Shown in pieces: positions 20,058-30,797 of a DNA stretch of 56,587 nucleotides. This DNA is from a virus. Lineage: Duplodnaviria; Caudoviricetes. The notes below the pieces were generated by a model. It saw only the letters and a list, made by a program, of their open reading frames with translations. It searched no databases and was not told the origin of the DNA. Where the stretch lies: positions 1 through 56,587 of IMG/VR virus record IMGVR_UViG_3300047198_000034; one strand, written 5' to 3'. Position 1 is the stretch's first letter, and each line of letters opens with the position of its first letter. The position numbers were made by a program, and so were the translations under genes.

Positions 20058-21005
20058 CTATATTTCCACCCAGGCATAACCAAACTTTATTCTGATAGTA
20101 TTTGCCGCAACCAAGTAACCAGCCACAACAACCTCATCCCCTGCCGTTCCAGGAGGAGATAAAGATAAACCTCCAGGAGTGGCAGAACTATAAACCGTAA
20201 CGGCAGCATCAGAGGAAGGACTCAAAGCCCAAGTATCGTCCCTCATTATTCCATTTTCCAAGATCGTTCCAGAATAACCAGAAGTGATGTCAGCCGTTGC
20301 TATGCCACCCGGAAGAATTAATTTATCCGTCCCATTTGCATCATATTTGTAATATTTCCAGACCCCACTATTTAATTTTTTATAGACTGAATTCCCCAAT
20401 GATAGATTCTCTCCAGCCGCCCCCGTCATAGCCATCCCTTGCCATTGATGATCTGATAGAAGTGTGGGATCTTCAAGAATGATTTGAGTAATGCCAGCAA
20501 TATGACCAGAAGCGGGATCACTTGCAGTCTTATTGACAGATTCATTTCCACTGGTATCAACTTCTGTAAGCCAAAACCAATAAGTAACCCCTGATGTTAT
20601 AGTTATATATTCGCCTACAGATTTTTGGCCTAACTGAATAGTGATATAGTTTGTTGGATGGCATACGGTTGTGAATAAATATGAGGTACCTGGGTCATTG
20701 GATGTATTAATGTAAAGATTATAATATCCAGTATCCACCCTTGAAGATATAAAATTTTGTAAAATAAATGAATTAGATAATGTGAAAAGACTGGGAGAAC
20801 CAGAATCATATGGCGTCACATCAGAGAGAGTCAGATGCGTAACGATAGCGGTTGCCGGCCCCCAACCAGCGGCATTATGGGCGCGGATGTAGAATTCGTA
20901 CCATTGATTAGTTTTTAGATTTTCAACCGTTCTTGATATGGTAGCTTCAGGACTATCAGAAAGATTCAATTTGGAGATTAAAATACTTTTAAATGGCTCG
21001 GTCAT
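20058..21005 (-). CDS. Tail protein with FN3 segments (in frame with the upstream gene)
   Basis: NLKTNQWYEFYIRAHNAAG; YWFWLTEVDTSGNES. Confidence 0.7.
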   Translation of the reverse strand: MTEPFKSILISKLNLSDSPEATISRTVENLKTNQWYEFYIRAHNAAGWGPATAIVTHLTLSDVTPYDSGSPSLFTLSNSFILQNFISSRVDTGYYNLYINTSNDPGTSYLFTTVCHPTNYITIQLGQKSVGEYITITSGVTYWFWLTEVDTSGNESVNKTASDPASGHIAGITQIILEDPTLLSDHQWQGMAMTGAAGENLSLGNSVYKKLNSGVWKYYKYDANGTDKLILPGGIATADITSGYSGTILENGIMRDDTWALSPSSDAAVTVYSSATPGGLSLSPPGTAGDEVVVAGYLVAANTIRIKFGYAWVEI

Positions 21006-21008
21006 TGA

Positions 21009-24000
21009 TCAGTCCCCTACAAGTTCTCGGTATAAAATTTCATAGCTGTAAACATATTCATTTGCCGAATTCTGGTCAAAAGTCACTGTCACCGTGGCAT
21101 GGGTTTCCCCTGATTCTGGATCAACCCATAATGGTCCATCGGCGATCACCAAATTTTGGACCTGGGAAGGAAGAGAAGGAAGAGTCATTATTGGTGTATA
21201 TCCAGTCGTTTCCCTTATCCCTGAAGCCTCTACCAATTGATTTAATTGATCTATTTGCCATTCAATCCAGGCTAAATAATCGGTTATTTTCTTCTGCCTT
21301 GTGCCAAGTTCAAGTTCGATTGCGAGGCCATTATCTATTAAAGTGTATTGGATTCTGTTAATAAAATATTGGATTTTTGTCAAAGGAGAATCGCCAGTCT
21401 CTCTTATAAAAACCAAGGGAATTGGATTACCATTGATCTGTGGTTCATAATCAAAGAAAAGGGTTTTGGAAGTGAGCCTAACCGTAGCTGTCTTATTAGG
21501 ATATTCCTTTGCGGCCAAATAAGAGTTCGCCCACAATTGGGCATCTTCTATTTGGGAAAGTGATGCATTCTTGATTCGTTCGCTTTTAATTCCATGAATG
21601 GCTCCAGATTTGGAATAAGTTATTTTAAAATAAACGTCTTTGCTGGTATCGTGCCACGACCCATCGTAATACTCTAACGTGCCTGCAAGATATGTATCAT
21701 TGTTCGCTCCATTTATAAAATAATAATCTGAATCTGATAAATCTCCAGTTCTTGATATCCTAAAACCATATTGAGTAATAGGATGGAATTTATCAATGGT
21801 TAGATCAAGTTTGAAATCTTTCGATGACGTTGTAATATCCGACCCAGAAATTATGACGGACTTGATTAAAACATCAGGATTTGACCTATTAACAATCGAA
21901 ATCTCCAAATCGTCTTGTACAGCTTTCAAGGAAACATCGTCAAGGGAGAATCTTGCTCCTGTAAATCTAATATCAATATCTTCATCAGTTCCCACTGTGA
22001 AAGTAACTGTTTCTGCCATCCAGGTTTTGGAATCATATGCTGCATTAAGTAAAATCTGGGAATTTGATGTCAGACTAAAGATTTGCAGACTCATAGGATA
22101 AATTTTGATATTTACTTTATATCTGAATGAGAGAGTATATTCTCCTGTCAATCCATCAACTTCTTGATGTTTTCCGTTGACCTTGCCGGTGGGATTTACA
22201 TCAAGATAATGATTTGTCCCAGCATCATCATATGATACTTTTGATGCTATCACTCGTCCAGATTTAGGTATATAATCAAGCCAATATGCCGTTCCAGAAG
22301 TTTCCATGTTTCCATCGACAATAAGTTCAGCAAAGCCTACCTTTCCAATATTTAAAGTCAATGTTTTTAACCTTAGGATTCCAATAAATGTTTGAATCAG
22401 TTCTTGATAAATCGATCTTCCAAAATTAAATGCCGTATTTTTTACGGATTGCTGTATAGTAGCTACATCCGCCTCGTCTTCAAGAATGACATTCAATCCT
22501 TCCGCACCAGAAAGATGGAGGCGATTAGTAATATCGCCCGCATCGGTCGAATAGTCTATTGAATCAATCTCTGGCTGTCCAAGAAAAAAATCCCAACCGA
22601 CAATAGAAGATTTCTCAGTAAAGTAAAATTTTCCGTCTGCCCGGACACCCCACTCATAATTTCCTCCTAAAGTACCAAGGGTTTGAATAACTTGCAAAGC
22701 TGACGTATCGAAGGTTATGGATTCTGGAACAATTAGGCAAGGAGAAATAAGATCTACATCGTATATTATATCAGTGTACGGTTCGACATAATTATCTATA
22801 ATATTAGCAGCAATCTCTGAGACTGAACAATTGGCGAACACGGCCGGTTCTCCCGTCACGGGATTTGTATAAACCACGGCTTTCTGAGTTTGCTGGATAA
22901 GACCCACTGCGGTAAAACTAATTTTTTCTGGTTCCTCAAAAACAGGATTTTTTAAGAGAATTGTTCCAAGATATCTTTGAACGTACAACATGCTTCCTTC
23001 AATCCTAACCTTTATTTTTATTCTCCAAGTCGATCCGCATATAACATCAGAATAATCAGAAAATTGTGCTTTTAAAATAATATCACATTGGTCACATCCC
23101 CCAACTCTGGCAAATCCCCAGGTCAACGATTCGATCTTCGGATTCAATATTTCAACGAGCGTATTGCTATTCCAGAGTTCAACCCGACAATCAAATGTGG
23201 ATAATTCCTCTCCTACAGCTCCTAACAAAACAGCATCCATCGAAAATCCAAAAAAGGTAATGGCTGCGTCCATTCCGACTATTTTAAGAGTACTTTTCGT
23301 TAAGCAGGCGTCGATTATAGGCATTGTGCCGGATGTAGGTTGGATTATAGAATCCATTGAAATTGAAGATGTGGTTGGATAAGCCTGTAGGACTCCATCC
23401 ATCGAAACCGAGGAAGTGGCTGGAGTAAATCCAAGAATTAGGATAGCATCCATTGAAATCGATGCAAAATTGGATATTAAAATGGCATCCATCGAAACCG
23501 AGGAAGTGGCTGGAGTAAATCCAAGAATTAGGATAGCATCCATTGAAACTGTTGATGTAACCGGAGGAACCGTATATTCAATATGAATCCAAGGTGGTGC
23601 GTAAGCCTGAGACTTGCTACAAGCACTCCTATAATTATTCCCAGCAATAGTATTATTATTCCTCCAAAAAACTTGTATAGAACCACCTGCAGCACGTCCA
23701 GGTCTATCAACAAGTTCTTGAATAATTGATACAATCGAAGGACTATTAATCGACTGGTCGGGTGGCCATGTTTCGGCATTCCATGGAACATAACTATTAG
23801 TCATTACTCTGGAGTAGAAATCGCCACCACTTGTGACCTCCACTGCATCGTCGGTTGCCTCCCCATATATCCGAGCATCTATTGTTCCATATCCCCCTAC
23901 TGAGTATAAAATGATATAAGCGGAAGTAATCACACTACCAGGAGGAATGAAAAAGGAATATGGACCCGGCCAGTTTATAAATCTCATACACATGCTACAG

Positions 24001-24113
24001 TCATCATAGCCTGAGTAATCTACTCTGCCAACCAAGAGGTTGGCGTATTCATACCAATATGTACTCGAAAATCTACAACTCGTATCGTTGGCTTGTATAT
24101 CAATAATTGGCAT
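21009..24113 (-). CDS. Large tail hub/tip protein with carbohydrate-binding-like domains
   Basis: 1034 aa, downstream of Dit; YEWGVRADGKFYF hub-like segment; SMDAIL repeats. Confidence 0.7.
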   Translation of the reverse strand: MPIIDIQANDTSCRFSSTYWYEYANLLVGRVDYSGYDDCSMCMRFINWPGPYSFFIPPGSVITSAYIILYSVGGYGTIDARIYGEATDDAVEVTSGGDFYSRVMTNSYVPWNAETWPPDQSINSPSIVSIIQELVDRPGRAAGGSIQVFWRNNNTIAGNNYRSACSKSQAYAPPWIHIEYTVPPVTSTVSMDAILILGFTPATSSVSMDAILISNFASISMDAILILGFTPATSSVSMDGVLQAYPTTSSISMDSIIQPTSGTMPIIDACLTKSTLKIVGMDAAITFFGFSMDAVLLGAVGEELSTFDCRVELWNSNTLVEILNPKIESLTWGFARVGGCDQCDIILKAQFSDYSDVICGSTWRIKIKVRIEGSMLYVQRYLGTILLKNPVFEEPEKISFTAVGLIQQTQKAVVYTNPVTGEPAVFANCSVSEIAANIIDNYVEPYTDIIYDVDLISPCLIVPESITFDTSALQVIQTLGTLGGNYEWGVRADGKFYFTEKSSIVGWDFFLGQPEIDSIDYSTDAGDITNRLHLSGAEGLNVILEDEADVATIQQSVKNTAFNFGRSIYQELIQTFIGILRLKTLTLNIGKVGFAELIVDGNMETSGTAYWLDYIPKSGRVIASKVSYDDAGTNHYLDVNPTGKVNGKHQEVDGLTGEYTLSFRYKVNIKIYPMSLQIFSLTSNSQILLNAAYDSKTWMAETVTFTVGTDEDIDIRFTGARFSLDDVSLKAVQDDLEISIVNRSNPDVLIKSVIISGSDITTSSKDFKLDLTIDKFHPITQYGFRISRTGDLSDSDYYFINGANNDTYLAGTLEYYDGSWHDTSKDVYFKITYSKSGAIHGIKSERIKNASLSQIEDAQLWANSYLAAKEYPNKTATVRLTSKTLFFDYEPQINGNPIPLVFIRETGDSPLTKIQYFINRIQYTLIDNGLAIELELGTRQKKITDYLAWIEWQIDQLNQLVEASGIRETTGYTPIMTLPSLPSQVQNLVIADGPLWVDPESGETHATVTVTFDQNSANEYVYSYEILYRELVGD
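23396..23548. repeat. Exact 63-bp direct repeat (90-nt period) inside the tail gene
   Basis: 23396-23458 identical to 23486-23548. Confidence 0.9.
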
Positions 24114-24144
24114 TTAAACTCCTTTAAGCTCCTACGTAAAGACA

Positions 24145-24507
24145 TCAAATATAAACTTCAAATTCAGAGTTCGTCACGAGACTTTGACCAGTAGACGAAA
24201 ATACCCAGAATCGGTATCTATTCGTCTCAATACAATGGAGATATTCAGATAACATATATCCCCCATTATTTTTCATAATTCCCCTTCCAAATCTCCTAAC
24301 AAACTTCTCTCCTTTTTCTTGGTTAATTAAAACATCATGGCGGGGCAAACCTGCGACACGGGGAATAATAGAAATCCTTACAATTTCAGTAATTGCAATC
24401 ATTGACGAAGAATTTTCAGAACCATCATCATTATATTGACGAATTATGCCACTCGGTTCTTCGACTTCCCATTGGTAGGCTTCGGAGATTTTCATAAGTA
24501 TTCTCAA
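24145..24507 (-). CDS. Hypothetical protein
   Basis: ORF in the late operon. Confidence 0.55.
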   Translation of the reverse strand: MRILMKISEAYQWEVEEPSGIIRQYNDDGSENSSSMIAITEIVRISIIPRVAGLPRHDVLINQEKGEKFVRRFGRGIMKNNGGYMLSEYLHCIETNRYRFWVFSSTGQSLVTNSEFEVYI

Positions 24508-24995
24508 CTTTCATCATATGCAAAGACCAACCCCTCAGATGCTAAAGTGCCAGAACTTGCTGCCGACGATACAGTCATTTGCATTCTAAGGAAATCCCCT
24601 TTATAGCCTGTCCCGGTATGGGGTCCCGTATTGATGGCATCCAGATCAATTGGGGTTCCAGAAATCTTTGTGAAAATATTTGTTCCCGAGATATTGGTAT
24701 TAATATTAGCAGCAAAGGAACCTGAAAGGTCATATTGTACACTAATACCCGTTCCGAAACTATTAGTTCCATCTGTGTAGACTCTAAGATTTTGGATATC
24801 TACTGACGGAGCGCTCTGAAAATAAAATCTGGCTTGTTTAGTATAGCTGTACACTGACCCAGATGGAGGAATCTGAAGTCTATCATTTGTGTCAACTGTG
24901 GTATCATCGGCTGCTTTAAATCGAATAGTCCCAGCACTTTTGTCTACCCCAGCCGAACTTCCAGTCATTTCGTGAATTTGAATTGTTGCTGGCAT
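24504..24995 (-). CDS. Virion structural protein
   Basis: Beta-rich, ends FAYDES; tail region. Confidence 0.6.
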   Translation of the reverse strand: MPATIQIHEMTGSSAGVDKSAGTIRFKAADDTTVDTNDRLQIPPSGSVYSYTKQARFYFQSAPSVDIQNLRVYTDGTNSFGTGISVQYDLSGSFAANINTNISGTNIFTKISGTPIDLDAINTGPHTGTGYKGDFLRMQMTVSSAASSGTLASEGLVFAYDES

Positions 24996-25023
24996 ATCTT
25001 TTCTCCTTTATGATTGATTTTAT

Positions 25024-25785
25024 TTAATACCATCTATCCGTCCAATCCACCCTAATTGTGACCTCAATTGCAGCGTCTTGAGTGAACCTAATCGTATTAG
25101 CACCTGGCAAGAGATCCCAAAAATCTCCGCTCAGTAGCGATAATGAATTGCTACCTCCCATTGTGGCCGTAAATAAAGCATAGTCCACAACCCATATCTG
25201 TCCAGATCCCATATGACTAAATAAAGGGAGATTCGTAAGTGATCTATTTTGAACGGATGGATTTGTGAAATCAGAATCGGCCGTCACAGTTATGGTTGGC
25301 AAAGATGGAGCATTCCCAGCCGGTGCGGCTGTGGTGAAATCATAGGAAGTTGCCGAGGTTGTCTTCTCGGTATAACTTGCCGAGGTAGCATACCAAAAAG
25401 GATCGGCGGCAATGAAATCGAGCGAAAATTCACCCAGCAATCCGGTAATATAATCTCTTATTGGACAACTGGATTTTTGCACGTTGATATAACGGTCATC
25501 GAAAATATAGAATTTTAGCGAACTGGTCTCAAGATTTTTCTTAAATGTATCCTTATATGTTCTATAGGCCTCTTTTGTTGTTCCCCTAATGATCCCATTC
25601 AATGTAATTATTTTTGGTTCCAGATAAAGACTTGAATCCAATAGGGCCCCATCTTTCCTTGGCACAATGATCGGATTAATTCTTGAAATAAATGATTCAT
25701 CAGGGGTTTGGATGGTTATCCCATTCGTACTATTTAAAAGAAATGTTCCAAGAGAATTGACTAATTTGAGGCCGAATGTCGCCAT
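25024..25785 (-). CDS. Distal tail protein (Dit)
   Basis: Follows the tape measure; DFIAADPFWY...LLPGANTIRF...WTDRWY. Confidence 0.8.
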   Translation of the reverse strand: MATFGLKLVNSLGTFLLNSTNGITIQTPDESFISRINPIIVPRKDGALLDSSLYLEPKIITLNGIIRGTTKEAYRTYKDTFKKNLETSSLKFYIFDDRYINVQKSSCPIRDYITGLLGEFSLDFIAADPFWYATSASYTEKTTSATSYDFTTAAPAGNAPSLPTITVTADSDFTNPSVQNRSLTNLPLFSHMGSGQIWVVDYALFTATMGGSNSLSLLSGDFWDLLPGANTIRFTQDAAIEVTIRVDWTDRWY

Positions 25786-25788
25786 ATT

Positions 25789-28700
25789 TTATCCAAACAC
25801 CAGGGGCTTTTTAGTTGCCCACCAGATCATCTTTCCCAGTTTATGACCCACAAGACTAACATCCATTCCGTTCCCAAGCGTCACACCACCCATATATTGA
25901 TTGACTGTCAAGGGTTGAACATTTCCAGATTCAGACTTCTTTCCTGGTGGAATAACCTCCTCCCCCTTATGAAGTTTATAAATCCCTGTATATGGAACAT
26001 ATGGGATTCCAGTTTGACCCTCTGGAATATAAGGAACGGTAATATTTCCCCGCGTACTTCCTGTCATGGTTGATTCCAATCTCTTATTGAGTTCGAAAAT
26101 CGCAGACCACATCTGCTCAAAGATTGAAATGGCCGGTTGAACTGCAGCATATTTTTCCATTAATTCTTTTTCAAATGTTGCGGCAACAAATCCTTTTTCT
26201 AATGCCGTGGTTATCGATTGAGTTATATACTGATATAAAGGAATAAGTGCTTTTTGTAATACCGTGGACTGAACAAATGCTTCAACCATCCCATCGAGAA
26301 TAGAATTATAAATCGATTCCTTTAAGGTTCTTTCGAATACTTTAAACCCCGATTGCGCAGTTCCCATTTTAAGACCAGCAACCACTGCATCAGAAAGAGT
26401 ACTCGTGACATCGTTATAGATATCCTGGGCGATTTGCTGAATAGCTTCTCTTGCTTTTTTAGTAAACTCTTTAAATCCAAACAAACCTCCCATCTCCTTG
26501 ATCGCCTTAATATCCCAATCTATTCTTACATTTCCCAATTCAGTAATTCTGGGTTTTCCGAGTTTTGGGTACTCAAAACCCATTTCCCCAAGTGCCTTGA
26601 ACATTTGCTGCCTTACTAAAAAAACAGATTCTCTACCCATTTGGGCTTTGGTCGCCCCCCCGATTAGTTTATCAATAAAACCCCCAATTACTCCTCCTAA
26701 AATTCCAAAATAACTTCCAATTTCTGTAAAAATTCCTTTTCTCTCGCCAGCAATTAATCCCCCCAAATATGCTGAAATTGGTTTGACTATTGCCAAATAT
26801 AAAGTGCCTATTACACTTGCCGTTCCAATCGTTTTTAATATTCCTCCTAAACCCAATAAACCAAGAAAATTTCCTCCTCCAATTATTCCTCCTGCACCCC
26901 TTTCTGCTCCTCCAGTACGTTCGGCTAATTGCCAATTAAGAAGATTCCCAGTTCCAGTTGCTGTAGTAACTTGTCCTAAAGTTCCAGATATTCCTAATGC
27001 CTTCAGAATTTCAAGTTTAAGAATCGTAAAGCCGATATCCTCAATCATTTTCATGAATCCCTTTTTGACATTATCAAAAAAACTCTTGAAACTTCCATCG
27101 GACTCACGGATAGCATTAGTCATGACATCGATCGAATTTGGAAGAAAACTCGAATATTGATTGGCAAGTTCCCCTTGAGTTTTTTTTGTAGCATCAAGAA
27201 GACCTTGCTGCATCAATTGGGATACATTAAGATTAGCTATGGCTTCTTTACGTGCCAGTTCTGCCATTCGAAGTTTTTCTAATGCTGCGGTATAGCCGGG
27301 AAGCACATCACCTGCTTTTTCCATGACCTTCGCATGTCTTAATTCCTCTTCGATAAGTGCCTTATAGACTACCACCTCATTCTGGAGTGTTCCTGTTAAT
27401 TCTGCATATCTAAGATTTAGATCAAGAATTTCCCTTTGTTTTGCCGGATCAATAATTTTCTGCAACTTCCCAGCTATTTCCATATATCCGGCTACAAAAG
27501 AAACTCCAGCCTTCTCAGGATCAAACATTCTGGTCTTTCCCCACTCCGTTTCAATCTCATAGGATGCCTCAGACATCAATCTCCCAATATCCATCAAAAT
27601 CTGACGTTCATATTCAGGAAATTCGTTTTCCCATTTTTTCATCCATATATCTGGTGAAATCGATGGAACGCCAGCTTTTTCGGGATCAAATATTCTTGTC
27701 TTTCCCCATTCAGTATCTACTTCTTCTGCAGTTGAAGCCCAATCTTTTGCTATTTCTACATTGAGTTTATGTAAACGATCAGATTCTTCTTTTTCTGCAT
27801 TCTCAACTGCTTTCCAGTAATTCTCCCAGACTTTATAGGATAATTGACCCAATCCGACTTTTTTCAATTCTTGGATTGAAGACTCTCTGTCTATATCCAG
27901 AATCTTTATTTTTTGCTCAAAAGTTTGAAATTCCAATGCCATGCCTTGCTTCATCAATTCATTAAGTTTTTTCTGAAGTTCAATCTGATCGACAGCTTTG
28001 ATTTGACTTTCTCTTGATGGTCCTTCTGCCATTCCGCCAGGCATAGTCGGCATTGTTTTAATTCGTAATCCTGCTAATTCGGCAACCTCTTCTGGCTTCA
28101 ACCATCCCAATTGTTCCCTTGCTTTAAGAAATTCCTCCCTGTTGCCTAATGTTTTTGAAATCGCTTCCGGGATATTTTCCCCTTTGCCTATTCTTTCAAT
28201 AAGTTCCATCGATTTTAATAAGGTATTGAATAATTTAGTTGTTTCTGGAATTATTTTCTCGCCAATGGAGGCGGCAAATTTCGCCATCATATCCCCAAAC
28301 TCCTTCCACGTTGCCCCCCACTTCTGGAATTTTTCATACTCATTCAATTTATCGAGAGAATCACCGAGTTTCGCCGCATCTTCCTTTGTCTTTTCCATGA
28401 TGGCTCCCGCCCATGCCATTCTCCGACCATAATCGCTGAGTTGTTCTTTTCCTACCCCAAGGGTTGCGGCGTGTTGTTTTTCTGCCTTATCCATATCGAT
28501 TATGATACCAGCGGTTTTTAATCCTCTTTCCCTGAGATTTATCAATGAGTCAGAAATCTGCTCATAGGCTTCGCTTACAGTTTTTCCAGTCAATCTTGTA
28601 CTTACCCTGGCTGCTTCTCCGATACCGATAATCTGTTTTTCACTAAAACCCTCAGAAATCAACCTCAATGCTTTTGTCATGAGGTCCGTTGTGTCAATCG

Positions 28701-29199
28701 TACCTTTTGTTACCTTCTCCAATTCTTTTAAAAGTGCATCGCCAGCCACATTGAAGTTGCGAGTCATAGACGCAAAACTCTGTTCGAGAGCTCCAAGTTT
28801 TACTCCTCTTTCCGCAAGATCATATGCTTTTTTTATAGTGTAATATGTGCCAAGAATAGCTGCTGAGGCAGCCATCCAGTGGGTTTTGAGGGCGTTAATA
28901 ATTGAAACCTGATCTCCGAATTGTTGTTGATTTAATGTCTTAATCTTGGCGTGCATAGCCTCTTCTGCTCTAACTCTCTCGGCGGCGGAACTTGTGGCCC
29001 TGGACTTGATCCCCTCATAGGCATTGGTGGCTTGCTGGCGCATGGCATTATACATCACATCAGATTTTTGGCCAAGGACCTTCCAACTGTCCTCAACATT
29101 GACGGCCATCGTTTTGGCATCGTAGAGAATACGCTTTTGGGCCGCATCAAATCTTTTACTATCCAAATCGATTTCGGTATAGACGGTTCCCGCTGACAT
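25789..29199 (-). CDS. Tail tape measure protein
   Basis: 1136 aa, helical, Gly-rich hydrophobic segment, C-terminal LHKGEEVIP. Confidence 0.9.
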   Translation of the reverse strand: MSAGTVYTEIDLDSKRFDAAQKRILYDAKTMAVNVEDSWKVLGQKSDVMYNAMRQQATNAYEGIKSRATSSAAERVRAEEAMHAKIKTLNQQQFGDQVSIINALKTHWMAASAAILGTYYTIKKAYDLAERGVKLGALEQSFASMTRNFNVAGDALLKELEKVTKGTIDTTDLMTKALRLISEGFSEKQIIGIGEAARVSTRLTGKTVSEAYEQISDSLINLRERGLKTAGIIIDMDKAEKQHAATLGVGKEQLSDYGRRMAWAGAIMEKTKEDAAKLGDSLDKLNEYEKFQKWGATWKEFGDMMAKFAASIGEKIIPETTKLFNTLLKSMELIERIGKGENIPEAISKTLGNREEFLKAREQLGWLKPEEVAELAGLRIKTMPTMPGGMAEGPSRESQIKAVDQIELQKKLNELMKQGMALEFQTFEQKIKILDIDRESSIQELKKVGLGQLSYKVWENYWKAVENAEKEESDRLHKLNVEIAKDWASTAEEVDTEWGKTRIFDPEKAGVPSISPDIWMKKWENEFPEYERQILMDIGRLMSEASYEIETEWGKTRMFDPEKAGVSFVAGYMEIAGKLQKIIDPAKQREILDLNLRYAELTGTLQNEVVVYKALIEEELRHAKVMEKAGDVLPGYTAALEKLRMAELARKEAIANLNVSQLMQQGLLDATKKTQGELANQYSSFLPNSIDVMTNAIRESDGSFKSFFDNVKKGFMKMIEDIGFTILKLEILKALGISGTLGQVTTATGTGNLLNWQLAERTGGAERGAGGIIGGGNFLGLLGLGGILKTIGTASVIGTLYLAIVKPISAYLGGLIAGERKGIFTEIGSYFGILGGVIGGFIDKLIGGATKAQMGRESVFLVRQQMFKALGEMGFEYPKLGKPRITELGNVRIDWDIKAIKEMGGLFGFKEFTKKAREAIQQIAQDIYNDVTSTLSDAVVAGLKMGTAQSGFKVFERTLKESIYNSILDGMVEAFVQSTVLQKALIPLYQYITQSITTALEKGFVAATFEKELMEKYAAVQPAISIFEQMWSAIFELNKRLESTMTGSTRGNITVPYIPEGQTGIPYVPYTGIYKLHKGEEVIPPGKKSESGNVQPLTVNQYMGGVTLGNGMDVSLVGHKLGKMIWWATKKPLVFG

Positions 29200-29207
29200 T
29201 TAATCCC

Positions 29208-29711
29208 CTACCTTACAACATCTGGACATTTTCTAATTCCCTGCTCGATTTTATCCCTAAGACCCCTTGTTGCTGTTCTAAACCCCGGTCTCATAAACGA
29301 TTGTCTTTTCATTTTCACCGTTCCATATTCAAGAAAATGCGCATAATTTACTTTTTTATTACCGGCATATACTCTTACATTCCCAGGACGTTCTGGTTTA
29401 TTTACTCGCCTAATCGAATTTCTTAAAGAACCAGGTTCGCGGCCCGTCCATTGTTGAGCCTGAAATGAGACACGTTGACGAAGATGTTCGGGTATTTTTC
29501 TGCGGTTTCTGGTCGTAGGAATAAAAGAAACATTTTTCATAACAAATCCGCCTTTACGGCTTATTTCCCCTACTGGACATAAACCTTTCGATGCGGAAAC
29601 CACATCATCCATGATCTCATTCACCGCTTCGATGGCCCTGCCTTTTATTTCGTCACATATATTATTCAATCTCCATCCTACGATTCTCATAATTTGCCTT
29701 GACTTCTGCAA
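29208..29711 (-). CDS. HK97 gp10-like tail component
   Basis: GSLRNSI...YAHFLEYGTVKM...FMRP. Confidence 0.85.
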   Translation of the reverse strand: MQKSRQIMRIVGWRLNNICDEIKGRAIEAVNEIMDDVVSASKGLCPVGEISRKGGFVMKNVSFIPTTRNRRKIPEHLRQRVSFQAQQWTGREPGSLRNSIRRVNKPERPGNVRVYAGNKKVNYAHFLEYGTVKMKRQSFMRPGFRTATRGLRDKIEQGIRKCPDVVR

Positions 29712-29934
29712 TTCATTTCATCTATAATATTTTTAATTCCTTGAGAGAAAATATGATAATAAAACCGGAAAAGATCACATTTGCAGGAATTGAAATTCCA
29801 ATAGAGGGGAAAAAGATTTCTATTCAAGGAATTTATGATCCTGATCATATGTCCTGGAGAGTGCACAAACAATTTGTCCTTTTTAAATTCAAGCAATTTA
29901 TCCATTCTTTTTTAAATACCTTCCATCATTCATG

Positions 29935-30297
29935 TTAGATATCTTCATTATGTTCCTTCTTCGACTTGGAGAGAAAATGATGAAATGTCCGGCAGACTTT
30001 CTTGAAAGTGCCGATTCTATCCTTGATTTTATATTCATTTATTGCCGCCCAGATTGCTAAGTGATTGATATCAATCACCTCTCCCATCCCCACCGTTATT
30101 ACCTGATTCCGTACTTCCATATAAATACTTGCGATATCCTTGTTCTCTTCCTTTAATTCTACCCAACAAGATTCGCATGGTGGTATAGTGGGCGGTGTTC
30201 TTTCTCCATGGGTTTTTCGGCATTCATCACATCCTGTCCAAATGGTTCTGTCTTCCATAATAATCCTGGATGCAGCTTGGTCGTCTGCGAACTGCAC
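29935..30297 (-). CDS. Tail assembly chaperone, frameshifted (GT) part
   Basis: Reached by -1 frameshift from 30303-30761. Confidence 0.7.
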   Translation of the reverse strand: MQFADDQAASRIIMEDRTIWTGCDECRKTHGERTPPTIPPCESCWVELKEENKDIASIYMEVRNQVITVGMGEVIDINHLAIWAAINEYKIKDRIGTFKKVCRTFHHFLSKSKKEHNEDI

Positions 30298-30302
30298 CCA
30301 GT

Positions 30303-30761
30303 CTATAAGTTTTTTTCGGTTTCTTCCTTTATCTTTGCCCCCGAATTAGAGATAATCTGCAAACAACGGGCAATGAAGCGATCAAACATCGGATTTTTCA
30401 TCAATTTGATCTTATTCTCTCTCGTATTGGTAATCAGTTCTCCGGTTTTACTGTCCTTAAAATTCTCAATGCCAGTTATCGCATAATCCCAAGTATCTTC
30501 CTGTTCCACTCTCGCCTGCTCATAGGTCAAATCCTCAAAATAGGTCAATCTCTCCATTGCCTTCGATTTGGGATTAAATATATGTTCAACCGCCCTTTTG
30601 CGTTTTGATATCCGCTCTTCAAAAAATGGAACAATACTTCTTATCTGGACACGGGCATCCGATATGGGATCATCGTAGACAATCTCCCCCGTATTCAGAT
30701 CGATATGGGAAGTGAAGAAAGTAAACCATTCGCCTTGCGTTGAGTCAAGATCAAAGAGCAT
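30303..30761 (-). CDS. Tail assembly chaperone (G)
   Basis: Follows the tail tube; ends EKNL* on a slippery sequence. Confidence 0.75.
   Translation of the reverse strand: MLFDLDSTQGEWFTFFTSHIDLNTGEIVYDDPISDARVQIRSIVPFFEERISKRKRAVEHIFNPKSKAMERLTYFEDLTYEQARVEQEDTWDYAITGIENFKDSKTGELITNTRENKIKLMKNPMFDRFIARCLQIISNSGAKIKEETEKNL
30309..30315 (-). other. Programmed -1 frameshift site A AAA AAC
   Basis: The -1 frame reads KKLIDWVQFADDQA into ORF 29935-30297. Confidence 0.8.
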
Positions 30762-30797
30762 AAATCACCTTATCTTTCTGTCCCGAAGGACTGATAT

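Noticed and set aside
21009-21011. Genome-wide TGA recoding
   Set aside because: Many genes end in TGA with normal coupling and long ORFs are intact under the standard code; only this one site is suspicious
23396-23548. DGR template/variable repeat pair (also considered for 38618/39398)
   Set aside because: Copies are identical rather than adenine-specific variants, and no reverse transcriptase is encoded
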